Shown here piece by piece: positions 41,896-54,782 of a stretch of DNA of 64,000 bases; the stretch's first letter is position 1, and each line of letters begins with the position of its first letter. The notes below the pieces were generated by a model, which saw only the letters and a program-made list of their open reading frames with translations, searched no databases and had not been told where the DNA came from. Source of the stretch: Balanoglossus misakiensis. Taxonomy: Eukaryota > Animalia > Hemichordata. The stretch covers positions 1,958,760 to 2,022,759 of the forward strand of contig CM082576.2 in assembly GCA_040954595.2 (NCBI GenBank), given 5' to 3'. A program made the translations under genes and the position numbers.

Positions 41896-42872
41896 TCACT
41901 GTTCACCGAGTGCTATCACCTTCCTCTCCAATTCAAAGAGGTGATAATCCTCTATGCCATCAAAGTTCTCCCTGAATGCTTTGGCTAACTCCAGTAAATA
42001 CTCAATGTTCTTGCCACTTGGACCCACTGATTCATATATTTGTTGGGCTATATCATCCAGAGGTGCCTCTCCGAGGTAGTTTGGATTCCTTTCTGAGCCG
42101 ATGTAAATGGTGACTGGGATGGGTTTGATGCTGTTGTCAACTGGATGAAAGAGGACTGTGGTCGCCGAGTAACCACCCTTTTCTCTGTAGTCCAAATGGT
42201 CCTTCACTTTTTGAATTTCTTCTTGAGGTACTTCATAAGCAACTCCCCACACAGTCTCCTGTATGATCAAAGAATAGTGTGATACCCAAATGGAAATAAT
42301 GATACATTACATGGTATCAAGCACTCCTATTGAAAGAGCCACATATAAAGTTTATTGTTCATGCTCATATGGCAAATCTATAATTTCAGTATTTAAAACA
42401 GTTTTGCTATTCTGAACTACATAAATGATAAAAAAATTGTTTTGGAATTGGAACTCACCGTTGGATCCTCTATAAGAGTCACAACTCTGCCAGGCTGAAA
42501 AAAAAAATATAAATATTACGTAAATGGGACAAATGATGCTGAGCAAGGTCACTCTAGCTGCAGCTAGGTCACTCGGAGTGATCATGACAATCAAACGGTA
42601 AACACAACCATGTCACGCGACACGTAGAGTTATAGAACGGTGAGATCCACCGAAAACTGCTGTCTTGAAACGTCTACTACAAAATGATTTGAAATCATGA
42701 TTCCAGCAGATTAGGCTGGACCTTCACAATCACATACCTTTCCTGGAACACCTCGGTGATCGGTGCTGCCTTGCCAAAATCTCCTCTTGAACCCTCGCAC
42801 GTAACCACTTATCCTTCTTGTGAACGGAAAATCTACTTTCCATATTAAAGATCCATATCCGAATACCCACAT
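41896..42872 (-). CDS. CHAC2: Glutathione-specific gamma-glutamylcyclotransferase (ChaC2-type), 177 aa, 3 exons
   Basis: Exons 42872-42738, 42494-42459 (36 nt, [12 protein letters not shown]), 42258-41896. Starts [16 protein letters not shown]...[23 protein letters not shown]; also [25 protein letters not shown]. Lacks the ChaC1-type N-terminal extension. Confidence 0.95.
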
Positions 42873-45609
42873 GTTAAAATATGTCTGTGCACCAGGTGTA
42901 CTGTCGTACCCGCTCAGTGGTGCAGCTGCTGTAATCTTGTGTTTGGCGTCTGCAGCGCAGCCAGCCGGTTAAAGTTATGGCAGCTGATCGTAATGCCGGT
43001 ATATTTTTGCTTTAGTTTGTGTGCAAGAAAGAGCCCCCGATGATTACAGAGAGCTAAATTAATTCAAAATATACATAATTTTAGCCTTTACCAACACCAA
43101 GTCGCAAATGTAATGGATTTTGTGCTTCTTGATATTAAATGAAACGGCGTCTGTTAATTTGGAGCACTTTGAGTGTCCTCGCCTAATTTGGCTGTTTGGA
43201 GGCGCTCTATTAGTATCTGATACGCTCAAGTAGACCTTCCTTTGCTATGATGTATACTAGTCTACCACCCTCAATCGCTATTGGTGCTTTATTAATTAGG
43301 TTATGTCCATTTGTGTTTGGTCATATCAACTTCACACAGCTTGAATCTCCAGCTTTAGTCCACTTTGTTGAAATTAGCATTGAATCCCAGGTTATGAAGT
43401 AAGGCAAACACCAAAATTACTACCAAGTTTAATGCTGAATTTGATAGCTTTATTCAACAATCAAGTTTTGTGCATATACATTAAATTTATTCACAAACTA
43501 ACATCAAATACATTTTAATAATTTGCACATAAAAACCTTTGAAAATACTTTATTTGTTGCATTGAACAGAGAAAAAAGATAGTGGTCTTCCTGAAATCAA
43601 TATGGCAGCTTTGAAATACATGTACATGTATCACTAATGCAAATACTTCAAATGTGAAGTGAAATTTCACAGCAAAATTTGACAAAATATTCATCAATAG
43701 ATTACCTTAAAAATCAACATCATGTTACAACTACATTGGCAAAAGCATGAAATGTACTGGAAGACATAAATATAACACAAACACATCAATCCACTGCATT
43801 CACTCCACTGGGATACTTTGGAGCCAGCTAGGCCTGGCAGTTTTTCATTTTTGGAGACAAATTTAGCCCCATATGCATTGAAATGGCAGGCAATTATTTA
43901 GGAATGATAACATCACTCACTCACAAAACAATTAAAAAGAAGAGAAATAATGTAAGTTGTCATGGTCTTTCGATATAAACTTATTGATTACAGTACACAT
44001 TAGATTCAGTCCTGTGCAGGCACTCCAACACTCTGTGTCACAGTGACCTTCAATCATATGAAGGTCAAGGTACACTGTACCAATAAAATCTACATTTACC
44101 CAATATAAACATGTAAATGTCTTATATGGAAATTGTGCAAAGTGTAATGGCATTTTGCATTGTTTTTAAATGTCTCTTGCTTTTAGACTTTCATCAATAT
44201 GTGCACCTCCAGAATTAACATTGAATCCATTTATGATCTCTGGAGGCTGACAAATCAAATGAAAATTGCCCTTTAAAAGAACTGACCTAAAATATTTGAA
44301 CTACAGGAATTTCCCATAAGGAAATATTGGGGGGGGGGGATACTTAAGTGATAAAACAGCATAAATGTATGAAGAATTCAATTAAGAAGTAACATAAACA
44401 TGCAAAGCATTCAAAATAATTCACACCTAGCAACAGGTGGTTGTAGGCTTTATGCAACGCAAAGCTTCACAATATGGCATGTTTAAACTGCACTGTTTGA
44501 CAATTCAATGCAATGCTATTTACAGAAAAATGCCAACAGATAAAATTGTACCTCGACAAATCTATATCAGTTCAAAAGAACACAGACATTTTATGGTCTC
44601 CTGCTGGCAATGGAGCACAAGAAGTCTTTGGAATCACTGCTTTTGGGAAGGTTTGTCCATGGTCCAATGCAATATACATGTAACAGGCAGTGAAAAAGCT
44701 CACAGCAGTCAGTGTTGTTTGAACTGTGAAGAAGCAGACATCCCAATGTATTGATGAACACATCTTCATGTAATTACATGTATGCAAAAAAGGGGTAAAG
44801 AATCTATTATATCGACAGGTACACTATGCTTATTTCCATTCAAAGAACCCCTGAGAAAGGTCTAGTTTGAGAAAACTTAAATCTGGGCGAACAGCTGCAA
44901 TACCAGAAACTGAAATTTGGCAGTAGACATAAAATAATATACAAGCAAATACATCCTCATTGCTATGAAAATTTACTTTCAGTACAGTTAATCTGAAGTG
45001 GTGTCAGTTACAGTAATGATACAACTGTATATATAATAAAATAGGATTCTTTCCTGTAAATCAGGTGTCTTTTTTACTGTGATATATTCAAATTGGAAAA
45101 CCTTGGATCCCATATATCTACTGTAGAGAATCACATCATTTAATTTTTCTTGTTCAATTTAAATTCAAAAATTCATCTCTAAAAATATGTTTTGTAAATT
45201 TGGTTTCATTTAAACAAGTTTCATCCTTACATCCATATTTGCTATTTGCACCATTGTTAAGTGTGAAAACTGAATCATCAACTGACTTTTCTTTGGTAAA
45301 ACTACAACACACTGAAAACAGTGGAAGTTAAAATTCAACAGTAAATGTCCGTGTGCTGCCATTCTTCAGTTTTCTTCAGTTCTTTTCATCTCCTCATCAT
45401 GGAAAGCGCGTTCATATTAAGCACAGAATTTTGATATTGCCATTAACAAAATAAACATAAATATCTATGTATTGCTTTTATATCACTCATTCAAATTGCA
45501 GACAACTATTTTTAAAAGACACAAATACTAAGTCTCCTGATGAGTGAGTCCAGTGACTCACGAAACAGCGTTGTAGAAATTTTACCGCCTTTCGTTTCTC
45601 CTACCACCC

Positions 45610-45732
45610 TACATACATACATACATACATACATACATACATACATACATACATACATACATACATACATACATACATACATACATACATACATACATAC
45701 ATACATACATACATACATACATACATACATAC
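45610..45732. repeat. (TACA)~30 microsatellite in the probable TMEM229B 3' UTR
   Basis: Direct reading; source of the spurious MYVC/HTYI ORFs. Confidence 0.97.
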
Positions 45733-45996
45733 TGTGAGGTAAAAACAGCTGCCTTGTAAAAGTAAATGTGCACTACACTGGTGGTGCTTCTACTACTCAT
45801 TACTCAAATACAACAACATGAAAAGTGTACATCATTCTTTTCAAGATGGGCTGGAAATAAACCATCATGAAACAGTGACTTATTAGCCTTGTCTTCCTTC
45901 AACATAACAGGTGATATATAATCCAATCCAAAAATAGATGCTCTTCATCTGTAAATGGATTCACATATATTCAACATGAGCTCTCACATCTTTCAT

Positions 45997-46521
<525 letters not shown>

Positions 46522-48425
46522 TTAATTTAAGGAATCAATTGATTATTCCATGGACCAATGTCAGCACTGTTCTCACATTGTTCTGTACTGATTTGCATAC
46601 ATAATTGCCAATTCTCCCCAGCGGTCCATTCATTTATACATTTAAGCCACATTTCCCCATAAATGTGTCAGCAAATTAATTCATCCTTTCATCACATTTC
46701 AGTTGAACTGTAAGCTGTATCAGCTTATAAATTACAAGCTAGAGTTATTGCATGCTAATTAACCGCTGGTCTTTTTACATAATACAGTGTACACACATTA
46801 CATGTATATATACATGTACATATGAAATACACATATTTTTATACATGCAGATGTCCACTGATTGCACAATATTACATAATGAAGATCATTCAAACATCAT
46901 ATTGATCAAAACAAACCCTTCTACTGGCTATGAACCAACCAACACTTCAAGTGCATTATCTCCCTACACCATGATTAAATAAATGCTTGCATAATCCCTC
47001 AATTTTGCATTCTTTTCTTGCCATATCTGAAAATAATTGCTGTGACTGTCAATATTTCATGAATTGATGAAAAGTCAAAATAACATTTTGCAATGAAAAA
47101 GAAAGATGTAAGCTCCAATGTATTCACTGCTGAATGACAAGTGATATGGGTGGGTTGTCAAGCTGGACAAAAATAGCGTGACTGTCTGTGTTTGTATAAT
47201 GTGTTGTTGTTTTTAAGGTGGTACCCCGTAAATACTTGTGCTACCAGTATGGTCCCCAGTCATTTACCAGGGTTCCTCTTGAAGCGCTTGACAAGGCTGC
47301 TGTAGTAGCTATACCCATTAGTCTGCATTTTCTCAATATCTTATGACATTTTCGTCGTTTGAATGTTTTCGAGTGACACTTTATAAGAAAAGAAATCATG
47401 TGGGAAATGAAGTGATGCATGTTGCCCCGGGTGTACCATATCATATGTACTGTACATCCACTGATCCAGTGTTCAACACGATCATGTACATTGTACGATA
47501 TTGTGTTCCGAAACATTACTTTGTTTACACTTCAGTGGATTGTTCAGATTGCATGAGCACTGGTCTTTGTCATGTCACTAGTTACCTTACCTAGTGTGTC
47601 CTGATCCTGCTGATGTTCCGACGACGATGCCTAACATGTGTTGCCTTGACTACCGGGGCATGCGGTGATCCACAGTAACGGTACCGGTTGTTGTCAGCCG
47701 GGTCGCGACGCGTTGCAACGGTAGGCACCGGTAAAGGTCACTTTCTGCTCATTATGCAAGGTCATGTCATGTCATTTCCCGTTGGTGCTTTTTCCCGCTA
47801 GAGGGCGTTTTCCTTCTACTGGGGAAAACGGCGATGGAATCTAACCAGGCTACATTTCTCAAGGCATTGCCTTACATTTCCCTTTAGTCTGGTCCCCTAC
47901 CCCATCCCCGCCGCTGGCTACACTGTGTAGTGCCAGCAGTGTGAGACAGTTTAAGGCGGCAAGGGGTGGGGGCAGGGAATTGAACGATTTCCCAAAGACT
48001 GGTGAGTAAAATGGCCTCTCAGACATGGGAGGGGGTGTGAGTTTGCTTTTAGTGGAATTTCCAAAAAGTTATTGACCCCGAACCGCCTCCCCTCCCGGGT
48101 CCCCCTGGCAAATCCCCCCTCCCAAAATCCCTGGTAGAACATTAGTTGTCCCATCACCAAATAACACGAGTAAGCTCAAATCTTTAGATATATTATTTTT
48201 TTTGTTTTACTAAAAGACTGGCAACAGCATGACACATGAAAGTCAGGTACATGTACTCTTTTTCTACTAAATATTTTCAAATACAAGACTTGTGTCATGT
48301 TTCTACCCAACTGGGATACCTTTATATATATTTTATGTTCCATTTTCTAAAAAGAGTGGGAATATAACATACACATAAATATACTGTGTCTAATCAAAAA
48401 AGCTGTTGAAGTTGTAGGACTTCCT

Positions 48426-51400
48426 CTACTGACTATAACTGCCGCGTCTTTTGATGTAAGTTTGGCAGCCATCTTTTGGTCTGTTTGTCATCAGATCTAG
48501 CATTTCATATGACTGTTCAGGTACCCAGGTGAAATCAAACTCCGTCAACAATCTTGCCATAAGCACCTTGACTTCAATCTGCAAGATGATGATATTCAAT
48601 GGAGGATTGTAAGATGAAATTTCTATTAATGGAAGCGTGGACGGCAGGATGTCATGTATAGTAAAATATAAGTTCCGAAAGAGGGACAAGCTTTCTTTTT
48701 TCCTGTTTGTTGCCACTAGGAGAGGTCAACCAAAAACAAATCACACATTTACCAAGAAGTGCATTCATTTACATAATTGCAAAGAAATCAGAATCACATG
48801 GACATACCAACATTTTGACGGTTGGTCAAATTTTCCACCTGGACAAATGCTTTTATAATGAGACGAATTAACTTTTAAAACTCTGAAAAATGAGTCTTGA
48901 GTTGCTGTAGACAATAGGCAGTGCTACGTCAAATGGTCCCCAAGTCACGTTTCTTGGTTTTTCTTACCTGTGCAAAAGTTTTACCGATGCAGTTTCTTGG
49001 ACCCAGAGAGAACGGGAAATATGCATAGATGGATCTGTGAAAATAAATTTTGTGAGGAAATTGCAAATAATTGTAATGGAGTGCTCTGTGGCTAAAAACT
49101 AAGTATCGTTCTCTGGCGATAAAAATATTCATGTCGCAATAAAGGATGATGACTTACTTTTTTCCGAATTCATCAAATCTGTCAGGATTAAACACAAGCG
49201 CATCTTCAAAGAAGTCTTCCATCCTGCTCATAACATATGTGCTAAGCTGTCAAATGTGATGGAAACATGTAAAATACTTGAGTCTGTGCAGGCATACATA
49301 CTTGCAACGTATGTGAAGTGGTAGGTAATGCGTGGCGTGCGAAAATGCAAGTCGATTTTCAACTGTTTACAGTGAATTAAAACACGAAACCATAACCTAA
49401 TGTGTCAATTTGTGGGTACAAAAACAGCATCATACATAAAACGTCTACAAATGTCTACTTGTAAATGGCAAGACTACTTCTTCTTGCATAAATGCAAACA
49501 ACTTTTCCTGATAGTTCTTTATGGCCTGCAACTCATGCGAAACAAAATGTGACCTACCATAAGATTGCTGTGGGCGGGTACTTTTATACCAGCAAATACT
49601 TCATCTTTAGTGTTCTCGCGCATTATGCGTGTCGCCGGTGGATGGAGTCTCAAAGATTCCTTCATAACCTGCAATAAAATATCCTTTTTTTAAAAACCAT
49701 TATTGATTCATCACCAAAATCGTTTGCAAAACTTCCAACAGATAACATCCTCACATAATCTCCCTTTGTACGGAAACTTTTCAAGGAAATCCTGCGTTTT
49801 GTTTGCATGATGTCTTCTGTCCTACGTGAACATGATGAAACAAGATTAACATATTCATAACTTTTTAAAACAGCCTTTTCTCCAAGTGAGTTCAATACCT
49901 TGGATGTGTATGAGAGTTTGCCAAGGTCTTCATACTCCACAAATTTTCTACCATTCAAAACATAATCAATTTCGGTTTTTAATCTGTAAATGACACAATA
50001 TTTTTTTTAATTTTCCACGCTGATGGTATTATGATATACGCAAAATTAGCGATGTCCAAAGAATATGCTTGCATTTAAAAGGGACATAGTTTCTAACTGT
50101 AGCTAAAACATCGCCGTCCACTTGTACAGAGATGATGCAGTAACATTGACTATAAATTCCTCATTGCACCATCTATATAAGGTTTTAAAACAGAGGTTGA
50201 TTGATGTAAGTCATTTCGGCCACATCTTGGTGAAATTATTACAGGATGTACATCAACAGCACATGCAGAAACGATGGTCCGAAATTCGATCATCAAGTGT
50301 TGAAATGTTGAGATCTTGTGGTTGTTTCTCATGCCATTTAGAATATATAATCACCGACCTCTGTTCAATTTCAGGGTATCTCAGTAATTCCATCAAAGTA
50401 GATGACAGCTGATTCGCCGTAGTCTCTTGTCCTATTTGTTATAAGAGTAGGAAAATATGATTATAAATGATTATAAAGAAACATTAAATTCTTAGTGTCC
50501 AAATACATGTACCATCTGATACAGGCAACATAGGGCTTTATCGCACTAATTCTCTACTGTACAGGAAAAAATCTTCCTTTTAACTTAATTTGATATAACT
50601 TGTACGTCTATTGTGCTTCCTATATTGGACTCGTTGAGTTTTCTGAAGTTTGTTGCAAAATAGACTCTACCATCTTCTAACCATACCAGAAATAACAGCA
50701 GCACTACCCAACATAATGTTAACATCCCCTAAGAACGGAAATTTGTAAACAATGGAATGTCTTTACAACAAATAATTTAAAACTCTACCATGAAATTCCG
50801 AAAACAATATATTTGGTACTTACCAGCTACAAAGAACGTTATAAACTCATCCACAACATCTACCATTTGAAAATCCGGATCACGCAGGTAATCTGTAAAT
50901 AACAACAGACGCAAAGTAGCTGACTTTAGTTTTGTGCGCCGGCAAAGGAAGAGGAAGAGTGGATGCAATCATCTTGATAAATTGTCTCATTTGATTTGAC
51001 CAAATAAGCAACTTTCCTAATACGGTAGCTTGCAGCCAATGTGATATTTTATCTGCTGATATGTGCGATATTATTGATATGATATTGCCATTCTCTACTG
51101 CTGTATAGCCCGTTTCTACAAGTGTATGTTAAAGTGTATACCCGATGCTTTCAGGATACATCCCAACAGATCACTTTTCGCGTCCTGCCCTCTGGAGAGA
51201 GCAGCTAGCCTCCTTTCAACTTCTTCTTGGCCTATTCTTCGGAGAGCTCTAATAGTTCTTCGCACTTCCTCTCGAACGCGTGCCTTGAAAGGATTATACT
51301 GTGAACACAATTTTTTAAAAGTATGATGAGTAAACGATTCACTAAGTTATGAATTCATTCGCTGTTTCCTACAAACAGAGAAAACATTCATTCTGGTCAA

Positions 51401-54163
51401 ATTTTCCGGTCATTTCTGTTGCATATGACTATACATGTTTCTATAGAATATAATTGTCTGAATATATTATTTATACAGCTAACAGCTTTGATTTACAGAA
51501 TCCAGCGTTGTGATTTACAACGACTAGGAATAAAAGTATAGTAAGTGTTTGTGGCATCATTTCCTATACCCTCAGGTCTTGCGACATCATATTCTTACCT
51601 CTTCAAATGGATTAAAAATCTTCTGTACGAGCGCCTCCAGACACAGCTTTACGTCTTTTGAGAATGAACTTTCTACCTCGGAAAACACGTTCAAATCCAT
51701 ATCAAATGCAACCTGTTCATAAGAGTTCGGACATTCAGACATGACGAAACAGCCCTTGATACACTGTTTTGCTATATAAGAGGCGGACATGAAATATGGA
51801 TATTATAAACTATTTGAACTTAAATACACTGTTCGGTAATTGTACATTTGAAGGGTAAGGAATGCAAAATATGGGACGAAAAGAAAGAAAAGGGTCAATA
51901 AATCATTACTTTATGATATGACTGGTATTTTCGTGAAAATTTGGTCAAACCTTTGCGATAATATCCAAGGCAACGTTGCTGAATTCTTCAATCATGACCA
52001 CCGGAGTCTTCCCATCAGCCACTGTTATCAGTTTCTTGATCAACAAATCGGCGCTGTTGTTATATTGGCCCATTAAGTTCATAAGCAATCTGAAAGATGA
52101 AAATACGTGAGTCACATGAGTGATAGAATCAAGGGAAGTATTAAAACCAGAGAATCCTAAACATATGTATATTGTGAGAGCGATGGTGCATCTTGGGTGA
52201 TTTTTGCATTACATGTGTTCATGTGCTTCTCACTGTGACGACAGGACAGTAGTGTTTACAAGATCATGAGGCATGGTATATATCGCTCTAATGGATGGTT
52301 TGCAGTTCTTTGAGAGACTGATATTCTATAGACGATGTCAGTATGGGGAATGTTCAGGAAGTTTTGAAACGGTCTTGTTCACAACTTAAATTCCTTCCGT
52401 TTATTGAGTAAGATACCACTGATGTGTACTGTATTTGTTGGTAATATTTACCGACTGAAAGGCGATGTCTGTGACCAGTTTTTATGACTTTTAATAAAAT
52501 AACAGACAGTGGAGCATTAATTTGTTTCTTCTTACTTGCGATGGAAAACTGGGTCAAGCAGTTGTCTCCTCTTCAACCCTTTTGCACGATCGATCTCAAA
52601 TGGTAGACCATGGCCCACGAACCGCTCGCCATAAATAGAAGAAATTGGTTCGTATGCACTTCTTGGCTTTGGTGCATTCATTGTAATTAGCAGGTACTGA
52701 GAAAAGCCAAGAATAACGCCATCATGATCAAACTGATATGTTTCATCAAATCTTGTAGCACATGTATATTTGTTTATTACATATGCACTTGACGTTTAGA
52801 ACGAAAATTGGATATTCACTGGGAACATGATAACAAGCAAAAGGACATCGTAAGGCTGTTTGACAGTACGTTAAACTTTTAAATATCTTCCATCTATACA
52901 TTCACGCACGCACGCATACACAAACAGACCTTTACAGCAGCAGGATCCAAGACAATCACAAAAGCTTGGTGCATAAAAAACAAGACAAAAACTGGTCCGT
53001 GTTCCTTGGTCCTAAAGGGTAGAAATAAAAGTAACAACGCAAGAGCACTTTCATGATCACTCCAAAACACTCCAGAATATTTCGTCACGTTTTCAGCGAT
53101 AATAATTGTGTTTAAACAACACGAGGCGGGTGGTCACTCATCAACATTTGAAGCATACTGCTTGTTTGTAGACTGGAAACAACTTGCACTTGCATATCGT
53201 ATTTCACCATTTATTATGATCAAAACGCTTAAGTTTGTGAGTACTTCTTCCACGGAGTTCCAACCGTTAGTATGATCACATATCCAATTTGACTTGAACG
53301 CACGAGAATTAATTTAAGTGATTTTTAACCAAACCTAAACATTAAACCGAAATTAAACTTCTAAACTTCTTCTGTATTTCAAAAACTGAGGAAGTGGTTG
53401 TACATTTTGACAAATAGCTTGAGTTTGATCAGTAATCATGCTTACCACTCGTAACAAAATTCATGCATCCCCTTGCCTTTCTTTGAGCCTTTCATCAGTT
53501 CTGGCAGGTTTCCAAGAAAGAAACTGTGAAACAGAAAAACAATAACACAGTTATCAAAGAAAGGTCCTTAAAATATGTGAAACATATATCGACTGTGATA
53601 AAACTTGGAAAATTTGCAAAATATTTCCTAAGTGACTGCACCAAATTTGCTGAAACATTCTGTTCATAAAGACATCTGATAATACGTTGTGTAAACTTCT
53701 GTAGCAAACATTTGCCATTAGAGGAATGAACCCAGATTTACCCGGCCGACCCCATTAGCCTAGCCCTGGGTGCAAATTATGACCGAAGAGTAAACAAACG
53801 GAGCATATTCAGTACATATCTGGAAGTAAATCATTTTGCTATAAAAAATGCCAGAACACAATATCACTTGTAAGGTGGTGAATGTGTGTGTACGGTAGGA
53901 TGACCATGACCCCTCGCCCTGCGGCCCTACAAGTTTAACATTCGCGCACCCAGCAGCGTATAGGCCTACGTTTATGAAAGGCCAAATGGGTTTTTTGTAA
54001 ATGCCTACCTGTTTCTCTTTGGTCCTGGTATATGTCCGTACTTCCAGTGTTGGCGAAAAATGTACAAACTGAACCCTGACACACATATGAGTATTAAGGA
54101 GAAAGCACTCAACACAATCACGGTCAGGAAAGACCAGACGTTGGAAAGGAGAAATAGCGTCAT
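48426..54163 (-). CDS. CYP46A1: Cytochrome P450, cholesterol 24-hydroxylase-like (CYP46 family), 510 aa, 14 exons
   Basis: Exons 54163-54009, 53523-53446, 53011-52930, 52696-52536, 52089-51951, 51712-51599, 51298-51142, 50892-50824, 50431-50359, 49983-49899, 49668-49558, 49246-49158, 49034-48968, 48578-48426; 1533 nt in frame. N-terminal membrane anchor plus HIPGP, I-helix FFVAGQETTAN, ExxR (ESLR), PDRF, heme motif FSLGPRNCIG. The symbol is family-level only; this may be a lineage-specific paralog. Confidence 0.9.
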
Positions 54164-54782
54164 AGTTTTGGTTGGGGTTCGTATCGTTTCGCTGACTTCG
54201 TTGTTGTGCTGCGGCCAATGGATGACGTGCGTATACCAATTGGCTATCAACTGACAAAGGTCGGGCGACACCTGACACTTTTGATAAGGTGCTCAAAAGA
54301 GAGATAGTGAACGTTACGTGTGCGCAGTCGCAGTATACATGTATTGACTTTTTTGCCTGGAATGCAGCATTACAAACTCCTAGACTTTTAACGGACAAAT
54401 GTACAGTTTGGGTATTAGAAATGGCAGAAGGCTGAATTTTGTGTAAAGGTGTTCTGGTGGAAAAGTTTATGTAGGGAACGACACTAGACCGTGTAAGCCC
54501 TAATATTTAGGATTAACAATTTGATTTCCAAGGAAACGGTAGGAAATGGATATTGCAACAGTTTTTTTTTCTGGACACCACGATCGATCCCCCCAGTAGG
54601 TCTTTTAAGCACAGAAGAAAAAAGTGATCAACCGTTAGTCATTATTTTTCCTAACTGACATGTGTTCGTTTTAAACACGGGAAATCAGCAGACAAAGCAC
54701 TTCTGCCAATACTGTCAAACGAACAAAACTAAAAAAAAGAATATCTTGTCATCTACAATTTTTTTAGAAAGATTAACAACAA

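Noticed and set aside
45512-45800. MYVC / HTYI repeat ORFs
   Set aside because: Translations of the (TACA)n microsatellite.
53760-54398. 212-aa minus-strand ORF
   Set aside because: Overlaps CYP46-like exon 1 in another frame, does not start with ATG, and has no domain signal.
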